From: a candidate division FCPU426 bacterium
GTDB taxonomy: Bacteria; Oederibacteriota; JAAXVQ01; JAUVAV01
Assembly: GCA_030637655.1 (NCBI GenBank)
Contig: DAOWGI010000085.1
Coordinates: 1-30,196 of the forward strand
Length of the DNA: 30,196 nucleotides
Direction: 5' to 3'
The translations under genes were made by a program, and so were the position numbers. Under the pieces are notes generated by a model that did not search any database, was not told the DNA's origin, and was given only the letters and a program-made list of their open reading frames with translations. Positions within the stretch are counted from its first letter, which is position 1. Each line of letters opens with the position of its first letter. Shown here piece by piece: positions 1 through 9,314 of this stretch.

Positions 1-576
1 ATTCTGCACTCCGGTTTCCAGGCTCCAACCGGTTTCGGAATTCATGTTTTGGTGCGCCCATTGTTGATTGTAATTGGGATCATTGGGAACTGCTGCTAAT
101 TCCAGAATATAGTTAGGGTGCGCATATTCCACGCTTGAATCCCTGGCATATTCCTTGGCGATTCTTTGCATATCCCCGGTTCTATCTTCAAAAATCAGGC
201 GATAGATATTGTGCAGATTAGGAATTTCACTAGTGGGATCCTGAGGATCAAAACCTGGCCGGCGTTTCCGAATTTTACTAAGATGGGTTCTAAACGAAGC
301 GGCGTTGCATATCCCCAGTCCCGGAGTATCCAAGGATTGCAGCACCCGGTGCATTTTTTTCAAACCATAGCGTTGGTGGAGATTAAGTAAAGAAGGATTT
401 AAAGCAGAATACCTCATTTTGCCCGAGGCGGCATACACAATCTGGCGGTTGATGGATTCCTTATATTTTACAATAAGCTCTCCGGCCACATATTTTTCAC
501 GGCCATATACTGATGACCCGACAAGCAAAAAAACTGTTATTAGGAATAAACGTAAATAAGACTGTTTCACCACCAT
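1..576 (-). CDS. S8 (subtilisin-like) serine protease, N-terminal part; runs off the window start
   Basis: Not in the ORF track; translated by hand. AGGAGG RBS, then ATG at 576: MVVKQSYLRLFLITVFLLVGSSVYG (signal peptide), EKYVAGELIVKYK (propeptide start), VEYAHPNYILELAAVPNDPNYNQQWAH...GWSLETG, the typical S8 propeptide/catalytic junction. No stop before base 1. Confidence 0.85.
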   Translation of the reverse strand, partial: MVVKQSYLRLFLITVFLLVGSSVYGREKYVAGELIVKYKESINRQIVYAASGKMRYSALNPSLLNLHQRYGLKKMHRVLQSLDTPGLGICNAASFRTHLSKIRKRRPGFDPQDPTSEIPNLHNIYRLIFEDRTGDMQRIAKEYARDSSVEYAHPNYILELAAVPNDPNYNQQWAHQNMNSETGWSLETGVQN

Positions 577-731
577 AATAATAACCTCCTAATCCAGTTT
601 TACAACCAGCTCAAGCTCATGGTGATTTACCTTTTTATTATATCATTAATCGGAATTTTTTTAAACATAAAAAGCTGATAACACGATATAATCCTCTAAG
701 GGACTGTCTCCAATAAGCTTTTTTTCCAAAA

Positions 732-808
732 TGTCATTCCGAGTGAAGCAAGGAATCTCTAAAAACCCTGATTTTTAAAGAGATTCCTTGGGCTACTCGA
801 CTCGGGCA
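732..808. repeat. Degenerate GTCATTCC-type palindromic (REP-like) element
   Basis: TGTCATTCCGAG start; perfect 12-bp inverted repeat CAAGGAATCTCT (749-760) / AGAGATTCCTTG (779-790); CTCGG end. Confidence 0.55.
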
Positions 809-869
809 TTAATTTTTTGATAAACCGTATTACCGAACAAAGTCCTGAATCCGAATCACAGATCAAATA

Positions 870-1433
870 TTATTCCCAACTGCCTTTAAAGTAGCAACGG
901 GAATCCCCTTTGTAAATACACTCCGTATGTTCAAGGCGCAGATTTTTACCGCCAGAGCAGGCTACGGCATATTTTGCCCATCCTAGAATACCTCTGCATA
1001 ACGCCTCACCGTATGCCTCTCCTCCGACAGACTCAAACTCAGCGGAATTTTTACCCATATGTGTCGTAATTAATTTACCGACACTAAAATATTGTTTCCA
1101 GACAGTGGGAGCTGCGTTGAGTACAAAGGCCGGATTGCCGAACTTAATAAATACTTTCAAAAAAATATTTATATTATATTCCGCCACATATTCCATCACC
1201 CTGCTGTAGTATTCCGGCTTATTATCTCCCCATTGCTTAATGACTGTCTGATAGGTCTTATCGAGCAATTTGGCTGGAACTTTTGATATGGCTACTATTC
1301 GTGGGCCGATGTAGCGGAGTTCCTCCGGAGTGAATGCCTGGTAGTATTTCTCCAGCGCCGCATCCCCGTGTTTTTCCTGAATAAACTTTTTAATACCCAT
1401 AATCACGCTTCCTTTAACAATTGCTTCGGCCAT
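870..1433 (-). CDS. V4R/H-NOX-like small ligand-binding domain protein (DUF2378-like)
   Basis: 187 aa with an RBS-like AAGGTG upstream; N-terminal VKGSVI..IKKFIQEKHG and C-terminal V4R-like HTECIYKGDSRCYFKGSW. Confidence 0.65.
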   Translation of the reverse strand: MAEAIVKGSVIMGIKKFIQEKHGDAALEKYYQAFTPEELRYIGPRIVAISKVPAKLLDKTYQTVIKQWGDNKPEYYSRVMEYVAEYNINIFLKVFIKFGNPAFVLNAAPTVWKQYFSVGKLITTHMGKNSAEFESVGGEAYGEALCRGILGWAKYAVACSGGKNLRLEHTECIYKGDSRCYFKGSWE

Positions 1434-1582
1434 ATTGATTCACCTTCCTTTGGATTTGATATTTTTTCAAAGGCAGCATTAAAAATCTCATTTGTTTGAG
1501 CGTAAACGGCAGTTAGAGAAAAACTTAAAAATATAAATATTTTGGATTTTTTCCAAAATAGCTGGGTACTAAGACATATTTT

Positions 1583-2005
1583 ATGAGAAAACGTTATAAA
1601 AATAAAGAAGAAAATAGCTTGGCAAGTAACCTATCAGTTAGTTACGGTACTAAAAGTGCCGTTTGCCTGTCATATTTAAAAGAACATAAAAAATTGGCCT
1701 GGTTTATTGCGGCAATGCCTGGGATCGGTATCCTCACCCTGATTTTGCCGATGAGCCATATACTGCTGTACAACATCTATTTTCTGTCCATTGGAGTGGG
1801 CATTTCCTTGTTGGGTGTACAGTTGAAAAAATTGAGTCTGTCCAACGGCGGCTTATTGCTCGTGGCGCTCTTGGTAGTGACGCGTTTTTTTGATTCGGAC
1901 ATGTCATTTCTGGGAAGAGGGCTGGTATTTGTAATTATTGGCGCGATCTTTTTGGGGATTAATATTTATATTATTAAACAAAAAAAAATGGGAGCTAAAG
2001 CATGA
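1583..2005 (+). pseudogene. C-terminal fragment of a DUF2157-like membrane protein
   Basis: Final TM helices with RFFDSDMSFLGRGLVFVIIG resemble the C-terminus of DUF2157 proteins that usually precede GDYXXLXY genes. Only 140 aa, N-terminus looks unrelated. ATGA overlap with the next gene. Confidence 0.55.
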
Positions 2006-2589
2006 GCAAAAAGACACTCTTTTTTTTATTTGTGATTTTTGCCGGAATGCAATTACTGCTGCCCTTGTCCGGTATTGTGAAACAAGAAATAATTCTAAGA
2101 GATGGTGATGTGTACAAATTTAAAACCCAGCCCATTGACCCGTATGATCCGTTTCGCGGGAAATATGTGACTATTAAAATTAAGAATAGTGTGAAATTAC
2201 CAAGAGAGCATGGTTTTGAGGATGGACAAAAGGTGTATGCCGTCATCGCGACCAAAGAGGACGGTTTCTCGATTATCGAGAGTATTTCTGCCAAGTGTCC
2301 CAAGAGCAACAATTATTTCAAAACCAAAATCCATAGTCTCTATGACAATATCGCGCGTCTGAAAATTCCGTTTGATCGCTATTATATTGATGAACGCAAA
2401 GTCAAGAAAGCGGAAGTCTATTACCAACAACACAGCCGCCGAGGAAATCATGATGCCTATATTCAGGTCCGGGTGAAAAACGGAGCTGCTGCCTTAGAAG
2501 AACTCTATGTGGGTGATCTGCCGATTATCGAGTTTGTGATGCAAGAGATAAAAAAGCAAGCAGAAGAAGAGAAAAACAAATCTAAATAA
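2002..2589 (+). CDS. GDYXXLXY domain membrane-anchored protein
   Basis: N-terminal TM helix; KTQPIDPYDPFRGKYVTI motif; PFDRYYIDE. Confidence 0.85.
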   Translation: MSKKTLFFLFVIFAGMQLLLPLSGIVKQEIILRDGDVYKFKTQPIDPYDPFRGKYVTIKIKNSVKLPREHGFEDGQKVYAVIATKEDGFSIIESISAKCPKSNNYFKTKIHSLYDNIARLKIPFDRYYIDERKVKKAEVYYQQHSRRGNHDAYIQVRVKNGAAALEELYVGDLPIIEFVMQEIKKQAEEEKNKSK

Positions 2590-2724
2590 AAATTGTTTAA
2601 GCAAAATCCGGGAAGTGAATTTATTAATAATGAAAAAACTAGTTAAACGGATTCATACTGATTTATACTAAAAAATACTGAATGTTTTGAACAAACGAGA
2701 GTAATGTGGTTTTTTGGAGTGTAA

Positions 2725-2768
2725 ATAATAAGGGATCAGATCCAAATAAAGATCTGATCCCTTATTAT
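2725..2768. terminator. Hairpin between convergent genes, probably a bidirectional terminator
   Basis: Perfect 18-bp stem ATAATAAGGGATCAGATC / GATCTGATCCCTTATTAT with an 8-nt loop, 7 nt past the stop of 2776..3819. Confidence 0.7.
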
Positions 2769-2775
2769 CTGTCTA

Positions 2776-3819
2776 TCACTTCACCACCCGCCGGATGTTG
2801 CCGGTGTTTGAGGTAGAGTCGTAGAAGTATACAAAGCTGGTACCAACGGCAACAGCTTGGCAATGGTAGCCGCGGGTATTTGAGTATATTGTCGTGGTTC
2901 CGGATGCGATGTGGTATTTTCCAACGCCGTCGTATTCTCCAAAATAGATATTGAGAGCATCACTGCACAGGGTGTGATCATACATGGATGTGTGTCCATT
3001 GGTGCCTGCGGTGACCAGAGTTTCCGTGTTGCCTCCAAGCCGCAGTACGCGCTTCACCATTTCTCCCCAGAGATATTTATCTAAAAAATATAAGTGCGTG
3101 CCAACAGAAATAACATTTCCGTTGAGATACGAACTGGCCAGGGCGGTCATGCCACCGTTGTTGGTGTCGTTCATTTTTTCTTTGCGGTAAATTGTCATGT
3201 CACCCATATAGACGTATTGATCATCTACCCAAATGGGGGTTAAATCAATATTGGTCTGTACTTCAATCAAAACAGGAGTGCCTCCTGTCTTGGGTACGCG
3301 CCAGAGGTTTTCATCGGAAGTGAAGAAAATATAGGTAGCATCAATAGCTAATTCTCCCATCCCTACGACTGTGGGATCAATAGCTTTTAAATCCACAATC
3401 TGAGTTGACACACCTCCGCCAATTGGGACTTTGTAGATACCTATAAAACTGTCATCTCGCGTGTAATATACATATTGCCCATCCACTGCAAAAGAAGCTT
3501 CGTGCTCGATACCGGAAACCAGAGTGTACACTGCTCCTCCGTCTTTATGAACACGATAGATTTCATGGAATGTACGCCAAAAAATAGAATCACCATAGAA
3601 TTTCATCAGCAACGGCACGCCAACATTAGCTGCAATGATTTCCGGTGAAGGAGTAGCAGTAGCAGTAGGGATAGCAGTAGCAGCAGGGATAGGAGTGGCA
3701 GTAGGGATCGAGGTCGCTGTGGGTTCAGGATCGGGCTCAGTGGGGTTTTCCGCACAAGACATGGCCAGAAAACAACCTATAAACAAGCAGATTACAGGAT
3801 ATAGCAGTTTGAGTTTCAT
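2776..3819 (-). CDS. Lipoprotein with Pro/Thr/Ala linker and beta-propeller domain (DUF5050-like)
   Basis: GGAGG RBS; lipobox LAMSC; PTATSIPTATP linker; repeated blades such as AVDGQYVYY...IYKVPIGGG and AIDATYIFF...LWRVPKTGG. Confidence 0.75.
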   Translation of the reverse strand: MKLKLLYPVICLFIGCFLAMSCAENPTEPDPEPTATSIPTATPIPAATAIPTATATPSPEIIAANVGVPLLMKFYGDSIFWRTFHEIYRVHKDGGAVYTLVSGIEHEASFAVDGQYVYYTRDDSFIGIYKVPIGGGVSTQIVDLKAIDPTVVGMGELAIDATYIFFTSDENLWRVPKTGGTPVLIEVQTNIDLTPIWVDDQYVYMGDMTIYRKEKMNDTNNGGMTALASSYLNGNVISVGTHLYFLDKYLWGEMVKRVLRLGGNTETLVTAGTNGHTSMYDHTLCSDALNIYFGEYDGVGKYHIASGTTTIYSNTRGYHCQAVAVGTSFVYFYDSTSNTGNIRRVVK

Positions 3820-4030
3820 ACAACACCTCCAAAGGATAAGGTTGATCTATTCCTTTTGACTGGAAATTCCCGAATTCCTTGCATTTTTTTTAAAAAAAGT
3901 GAAGAAAATATTATTGTTGATATGTGAGGTTAACGACCATGGCTGATACCAACATCTCACAATAAAGGGTTTTTGGCCACATGTAATGTGTCAAAACCCA
4001 ATGATTAACACTTCTTCAGGAGAAGACCAC

Positions 4031-4115
4031 ACCCTTTACTCCCCCTTCGGCGACCGAAGGGAGTCCCTTTTGCACGTAATATTCTACGTGTTGGAGAGAA
4101 AGGGGCAAGGGGTTG
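4031..4115. repeat. Degenerate C/G-tract palindromic repeat pair
   Basis: ACCCTTTACTCCCCCTTCGG-CGA-CCGAAGGGAG followed by an opposite-facing ...AAAGGGGCAAGGGGTT; same style as 8270, 9204, 11476 and 15811. Confidence 0.45.
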
Positions 4116-4123
4116 GTACGTAT

Positions 4124-4717
4124 TTATTTGAAATTCCGGTAATATTTGTGTTGCGCGAGCTCCAGCATGGGTTTATCCCCGCGGCTGTCACCGTAGGCAT
4201 AAATACTCTCGAATTCGTCCAAAGCAATAGCTTCGCGGATACGTCGCACTTTTTCTTGGCCATGACAATTCAATGTTCGCATTTTTCCGGTGATCCGGCT
4301 GTCTTTTTTTTCCAGCTGCGTGGAAATCAGCTGGAGTGAGAGGGAATGGCACCAGGGTAAGAGCCAATCTTCCGGAGAAGCAGAGATAATATAAACCACG
4401 TGTTGCTGTTCCTGATGCCAACGGACACGCTCCAAAGCGCTGATTTTCAGCAAACGCGGGAGCTGTTCTGTGGCATACGCTTGGGCTTTGCTCTCAAATT
4501 GCTCACAGGACCAGTTCTTGAAAAAACGGGTTAAAAAGAGGGTCTTGAGATGATCATTTGGCAGTAGTTTGACAAAATACGCTAAAATAGCCGGCAAGAG
4601 TCTTATTAACCCCAGGATCAGCCGGGGGGGTCCGACTGTATAATGAATAAAATCAACAAAGCTGTCTTTGTTGGTAATCGTACCGTCAAAGTCAAATAAT
4701 GCCAAAGTTTTTTTCAT
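4124..4717 (-). CDS. HAD-IB family hydrolase (phosphoserine phosphatase-like)
   Basis: Motif I FDFDGT, motif II ISAS, NCHGQEK, motif IV AYGDSRGD. Start moved to the ATG of MKKTLALF. Confidence 0.9.
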   Translation of the reverse strand: MKKTLALFDFDGTITNKDSFVDFIHYTVGPPRLILGLIRLLPAILAYFVKLLPNDHLKTLFLTRFFKNWSCEQFESKAQAYATEQLPRLLKISALERVRWHQEQQHVVYIISASPEDWLLPWCHSLSLQLISTQLEKKDSRITGKMRTLNCHGQEKVRRIREAIALDEFESIYAYGDSRGDKPMLELAQHKYYRNFK

Positions 4718-4881
4718 GAGTATGCAACCATTTTTTGCGAAATATATAGATAGGAAGTATAGCAAAAAATAGGCTGAGTATAAAATGGTTTGTTTGACCT
4801 GGGAAAGTGGTCACAATCTCTCCTCCTTTGATAGCCGAAGAGGGGAATAGTGTGAATATGTATAAATATTTCTATGACAAC

Positions 4882-6015
4882 TTACCGATCCGGCTCAGAT
4901 CCTATGGGGCGGCTGGAAAAAGCCGTGGCTCCGATGTAACGGGAAGTACTGTTGGAAATTCTCTCGAATTCCTGTCGGCGTACTGTATCACCAGGATGAG
5001 CCGCTTGCGGGTTAGGTATACTCTGGACATTGGTGTGTAGGCCGGCCGGAGCCGGAGTTTTTGGGGAAGCCGGTGTAATCAGATCCTCCAGACTTAGGAT
5101 CGCTGTTATGCGTTTGTCCGGGTGTTTGTGTCCGCATTCTGTCGGTTTATATATATCTGCCACTTTTTTATAACCCTTGACCGCCTGTTTTTTATGTAAA
5201 GGCACAAAGAGCTCAGGTCGGATATCTTTTAAAATATTTTTCGCCATTATACGAAAAGCCAGCGCGCCGCGGACTGTGGTTTTGGCCAGCTTATCAATTA
5301 GGTGCACAGGCAATCCGAGTTCAATGGATTTTTTAATATGCTTGTTGGCCGGGATGTAGGTGTTATACAAGCGAGTTCCCACCAGGGTTTTGAGTTTCTT
5401 GAAATTATTAATATCAAAATCATCTGTGTACTGGAAATTATTCACCATAACCCGGATGATGACCTGGCGCCAATGTCTGGAATTTATGATTTCCGCCTCT
5501 TTGATTATCTGAGAAATACCAGCCAGACCGCCGACGCCGGCTTCGGTGGGAATCAGCACCAGATCCGCGGTCAGAAGCGCGGATCTGGTCAAGTAGCCAA
5601 TGTACGGTCCATTATCAATCAAGATAATATCATACTCGGGTTTGATTTCCGCCAAGGCTTCAGTAAGAGTTCCGATTTTACTAAAATCCTCAGCAATGTA
5701 GGAGAGTCTGTGGTTGGATAGAAAAATATCCAGGTTTTTTTGCCGGAAAGAAACTTTGTATTTGGTCAGAATATCACTCAGGTTCAATTGGGCGCCGGCT
5801 TTTTTGAAACTCACATCACGGTATACATCTGCCATATCGCGGGTGCTCTCGCACACATGATGTTTGAGATACGCCCCCACATTGCCTTGGGGATCATTAT
5901 CAATCAGGGCTACGCGTAAATTCCAGTCTGCAAAAATCGCAGCCAGATTAATGGCAGTGGTAGTTTTGCCTACTCCGCCTTTGTTGTTTGCAATGGATAT
6001 GACTTTGGCGCGCAT
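4882..6015 (-). CDS. ParA/Soj family ATPase with C-terminal extension
   Basis: Deviant Walker A NNKGGVGKTT; IDNDPQGN; YDIILIDNGP; GAGGGG RBS. Confidence 0.9.
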   Translation of the reverse strand: MRAKVISIANNKGGVGKTTTAINLAAIFADWNLRVALIDNDPQGNVGAYLKHHVCESTRDMADVYRDVSFKKAGAQLNLSDILTKYKVSFRQKNLDIFLSNHRLSYIAEDFSKIGTLTEALAEIKPEYDIILIDNGPYIGYLTRSALLTADLVLIPTEAGVGGLAGISQIIKEAEIINSRHWRQVIIRVMVNNFQYTDDFDINNFKKLKTLVGTRLYNTYIPANKHIKKSIELGLPVHLIDKLAKTTVRGALAFRIMAKNILKDIRPELFVPLHKKQAVKGYKKVADIYKPTECGHKHPDKRITAILSLEDLITPASPKTPAPAGLHTNVQSIPNPQAAHPGDTVRRQEFERISNSTSRYIGATAFSSRPIGSEPDR

Positions 6016-6219
6016 ATGTATGTTTACCCCTCATAATTAGCTACGGCAGACGGCTTCAAAAGCTTAAGTGGAAAATAGGAGTTAGACGTGGTTGCTTAAT
6101 TGTAACTCATATCGCAACAAGTTCAACCCAAATTACTTCTGTTATGGCAGTATGGCAAACAGAAGTGCTACAATAATGATACTGGGAACCTCAACTGGCA
6201 GAAAAGAGTCTAATTTATC

Positions 6220-7416
6220 ATGAGAAAAATAAAGCGTTGGTTTACATTTAAGAAACGGGATGCCAATTATTATCACCGTATTGGCAAGGTGTACTATGAC
6301 AGCGGGCAGTACGCGCAGGCCATTCGGTTTTTTGGGCAGGCAGTGCAAAAAGATAGAAAATTTATCAATGCCTATATGGACCGTTTTGGTTGCTTTTTTC
6401 ATCTTAAAAAAATGAAGCAAGCCTTAAAAGAGGTGGACCGTGCCATTGCTATTGAGCCTGAGAATGCGGATCTATATTACAATCGCCATATGGTCTCCCG
6501 TTATCTGGATAAGTACCGGCAGGCGTTTGAGGATATCTCTTATGCTCATATCCTGGCGCCGGAGGATGGGACCATTGCCTACCGCCGGGCCTGGCTGGCT
6601 TCCGGACTCAAAGAATTCCAGATTGCGTTTGACGGTTTTAATGAGCTGCTGATCCGCCGGCCGGAGGACCCGCATCTTATCTGTTGTCTGGGAACGGTCT
6701 ATCATGATATGGGTCATTTTGAAGATGCCTTAAGTTGTTACTTCTACTCTCTTAATTTGAAGCCTGACCAGCCCAATGTGTTCTATGAGATTGGACTTAC
6801 CTTTTACAAGCAGAAAAAACACAACAAAGCCATCGCTGCCATGAGCCGGGCTATTGCGGCGTATCCGGAATATGGCGCTGCTTATGATATTCGGGCTGAA
6901 CTTTATAATCAGAGCGGCGAGAACAAGAAAGCGTTGGCTGATTACACGCGTTTACTGGAATTGCATCCGGACTATGTTTCGGCGTGTCATAAAGCGGCGG
7001 AACTGCACAAAGAGCTGGGGAATTATACGGAAGCCCTGAAGTGGTACCGGAAATATAATGCCAATGAAAAGCACGGGGAAGTCTGGTGGTGGAAATGGAT
7101 ACGGATTATTTTTTGTAGGCAACCTCGACGGGTGGTGGAAAATATTGAGGAACTGGAACAGGCGGTGTCCAGCCCGGATGAGTGGAAAAAATATCAAGCG
7201 CGCCATTTTGACTGGCAACAGCGGCATGAGGATTATAATGCGCAGATCCGTAAAATTGCGGCGACCATTGTTGCCGATGGATTGCAGTGTCCGTATTGCG
7301 GTCAGGCGTCCAGGGAATATCGTTTTATTGATTTAACTCCGGAGTATAAGTCTTATTTTATCTGTTGCACCTGCGGCAGATCCATTCATGCGACAGATGT
7401 GCCGCCGGAGAAATAA
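6220..7416 (+). CDS. Tetratricopeptide repeat protein with C-terminal zinc ribbon
   Basis: Multiple TPR-like repeats (e.g. YYHRIGKVYYDSGQYAQAIRFF); C-terminal CPYC...CCTCG. Confidence 0.85.
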   Translation: MRKIKRWFTFKKRDANYYHRIGKVYYDSGQYAQAIRFFGQAVQKDRKFINAYMDRFGCFFHLKKMKQALKEVDRAIAIEPENADLYYNRHMVSRYLDKYRQAFEDISYAHILAPEDGTIAYRRAWLASGLKEFQIAFDGFNELLIRRPEDPHLICCLGTVYHDMGHFEDALSCYFYSLNLKPDQPNVFYEIGLTFYKQKKHNKAIAAMSRAIAAYPEYGAAYDIRAELYNQSGENKKALADYTRLLELHPDYVSACHKAAELHKELGNYTEALKWYRKYNANEKHGEVWWWKWIRIIFCRQPRRVVENIEELEQAVSSPDEWKKYQARHFDWQQRHEDYNAQIRKIAATIVADGLQCPYCGQASREYRFIDLTPEYKSYFICCTCGRSIHATDVPPEK

Positions 7417-7570
7417 GCGCCCTTTTATTCATATTTATATTCTTTGCTCCACGTGTGTGTGTTGAATGCGCTCTGTGTGCCAACGGGTGTAAGGGCGAGG
7501 ACCCATATAAAATCGAGATTGCTTCTATTTTGTAAAATTTCTATTTTGGTTCCAGGGATCCATTCCGGTA

Positions 7571-7599
7571 TTGCAGCTAAGCTAACAAGGTGCTATAAT
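7571..7599 (+). promoter_or_regulatory. Sigma70-type promoter for the TA operon
   Basis: TTGCAG-17 bp-TATAAT with extended -10 TG. Confidence 0.55.
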
Positions 7600-7685
7600 T
7601 TTAGTGAGTTGTAAAACTCCCGAAAAATTAAGCCGTAAGGTTTGGCCCAAAGATGAAATTCCGAAAAAAACAAAGGCGGACGGCT

Positions 7686-7910
7686 ATGTCTGAACATCTT
7701 GAACATATTTTTGCAAAAGCTTTAGAATTGCCGCCGGTGGAGCGGGCCGAACTGGTTGAACGGATTTTATCCAGTTTGGAATTTCCTGCCAGGAAAACAA
7801 TCGATGCTTCATGGGCGCGGGAAGCGGAGGAGCGGATTAATACTTTTGAAAAGGGCGAACTCCCGAGTATTCCCGTAAATGACGTTTTCAAAAAAATTGA
7901 TAAGCTATAA
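7686..7910 (+). CDS. Addiction module antitoxin component (TIGR02574-like)
   Basis: ALELPPVERAELVERILSSL...IDASWAREAEERI...GE pattern; lies just upstream of a RelE/ParE gene. Confidence 0.85.
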   Translation: MSEHLEHIFAKALELPPVERAELVERILSSLEFPARKTIDASWAREAEERINTFEKGELPSIPVNDVFKKIDKL

Positions 7911-7915
7911 GCCAA

Positions 7916-8158
7916 ATGAACATTGATTTTCTTGCTCCTGCCGAAGCGGAAATAAAACGAACCCTGGAACGGATTACCCGCTATCCTGAAGCCTGGTCGT
8001 TGCTTTCAAAACGCACCCGCCGTTGTCGGACTAATAGATTTCCTTATGGAGTCATTTATCAGGCAAGAAACGAAACCCTTCTTATTGTAGCCATAATGCA
8101 TCTTCACCAACATCCTCAAACATGGAAATCACGGCTCAAATATGAGGATCAAAACTAA
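7916..8158 (+). CDS. RelE/ParE family toxin, apparently with an internal deletion
   Basis: FLAPAEAE...YPEAW...RRCRTNRFPYGVIY...LIVAIMHLHQHP; only 80 aa. Confidence 0.8.
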   Translation: MNIDFLAPAEAEIKRTLERITRYPEAWSLLSKRTRRCRTNRFPYGVIYQARNETLLIVAIMHLHQHPQTWKSRLKYEDQN

Positions 8159-8250
8159 GCGTGTGTGGGTAGGAAAGGTAGTTCCGGCTGCTATTTGCCG
8201 GGCCGGATTGATTGCCCTCTAGCAGCCTGTCGGACTTTGTTGTCTACTTA

Positions 8251-8259
8251 TGATATAAT
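8251..8259 (+). promoter_or_regulatory. Extended -10 promoter inside the IS left end
   Basis: Perfect TGaTATAAT about 60 bp upstream of the DUF559 ATG. Confidence 0.5.
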
Positions 8260-8269
8260 GACAGCAGTT

Positions 8270-8305
8270 TCCCCCTTTTAAAAAAGGGGGATTAAGGGGG
8301 ATTTT
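8270..8305. repeat. C/G-tract palindromic repeat (REP-like), left copy
   Basis: TCCCCCTTTTAAAAAAGGGGGATTAAGGGGGATTTT; reverse complement matches 9204-9239 at 33/36. Confidence 0.8.
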
Positions 8306-8317
8306 ATAAAGAGCACC

Positions 8318-8683
8318 ATGTTGGACTACAACAAAAACCTTAAGAATTATGCGCAAATGCTTAGAAAAGATATGACCAAAGCAGAAATCCGGCTTTGGAC
8401 CAGACTAAGAGGAAAACAGCTAAACCAGATTCAATTTTACAGGCAAAAGATAATAGGCAACTATATTGTTGATTTTTACTGTCCCAAAGTAAGCCTGGTA
8501 ATTGAACTGGACGGCGGCCAACATTACACTGAAGAAGGACGTTATAAAGACAAACAACGTGATAACTATTTGCAATCCCAGGGCCTGTATGTTATGCGCT
8601 ATTCGGACCGGGATGTGTTTGGAAACCTGGAAGGCGTAGTTAACCATATTCAAAACTATATAAATAAAGGTGAAGTGGTATGA
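8318..8683 (+). CDS. DUF559 (Vsr-like) endonuclease domain protein
   Basis: LRKDMTKAEIRLW..LR..Q...FYRQKIIGNYIVDFYC....VIELDGGQH...D..RDNYL...G..VMR; full length. Confidence 0.92.
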   Translation: MLDYNKNLKNYAQMLRKDMTKAEIRLWTRLRGKQLNQIQFYRQKIIGNYIVDFYCPKVSLVIELDGGQHYTEEGRYKDKQRDNYLQSQGLYVMRYSDRDVFGNLEGVVNHIQNYINKGEVV

Positions 8684-9203
8684 AATCAAATTTTGTCCCT
8701 TATGATCGGGAAACGGATTATTTACTCCCGCCATCCTTAAATGATTGGTTGCCAGCCAACCATTTGGCGCGATTTGTGGCCGAAATCGTCTCTCAACCTG
8801 ACTTGACGGCCTTGAAAAAGGTTTATACTGGCCGGGGATCGACTGCCTATCATCCGGAAATGTTGCTGACCGGTGTGAAGCCGGGCGGTTCGTGCCATAC
8901 ATTGCCAACCGCCGGGAACACCATCACCCCACGTTGGAAACCCGTTTTTCAGGACCGCCTCCGCTGCCTGCCAACGCGGATGCGGTTGCCAGGATGGGAA
9001 GACGTTTGCAAACATCGTCAGGCCGGAAAATTTATGCCCGTCGCAAGAGCACAGTTGAGCCGGTGTTTGGAATCATAAAAGCCGTTATGGGATTTCGCCA
9101 CTTTTTGCTACGTGGTTTGCAAGCTGTCGAGGGGGAATGGACACTGGTGTGCCTGGCTTGGAATTTTAAAAGAATGCACGTATTAAAGGCAACTGCAAGC
9201 TGA
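8680..9203 (+). pseudogene. IS1182-family transposase, large internal deletion with frameshift
   Basis: N-terminus DYLLPPSLNDWLPANHLARFV...GSTAYHPEMLL joined at about 8868 to another frame carrying YARRKSTVEPVFGIIKAVMGFRHFLLRGL..VEGEWTLVCLAWNFKRM; the central catalytic region is missing. Confidence 0.88.
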
Positions 9204-9240
9204 AAAATCCCCCTCACTCCCCCTTTTTGAAAAGGGGGAG
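9204..9240. repeat. C/G-tract palindromic repeat (REP-like), right copy
   Basis: AAAATCCCCCTCACTCCCCCTTTTTGAAAAGGGGGAG directly after the transposase stop. Confidence 0.8.
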
Positions 9241-9314
9241 GTGTTCGGGATATTCAGTATGTGCTATTTAACAACACGGATGCTTGTTTTGGATGTGTTA
9301 AGTCCGACAGGCTC

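Larger units (their letters stand above)
8223..9314 (+). mobile_element. IS1182-family non-autonomous derivative carrying a DUF559 passenger gene
   Basis: TIRs CAGCCTGTCGGACTT (8223-8237) and AAGTCCGACAGGCTC (9300-9314), 14/15 match; flanking CTAG direct repeats at 8219-8222 and 9315-9318; transposase remnants inside. Confidence 0.85.

Noticed and set aside
166-390. 74-aa plus-strand ORF
   Set aside because: Lies antisense to the S8 protease N-terminus.
8420-9217. Minus-strand ORFs across the IS and the out-of-frame tail of 8680..9078
   Set aside because: Shadows or frameshift products of the DUF559 gene and transposase remnant.
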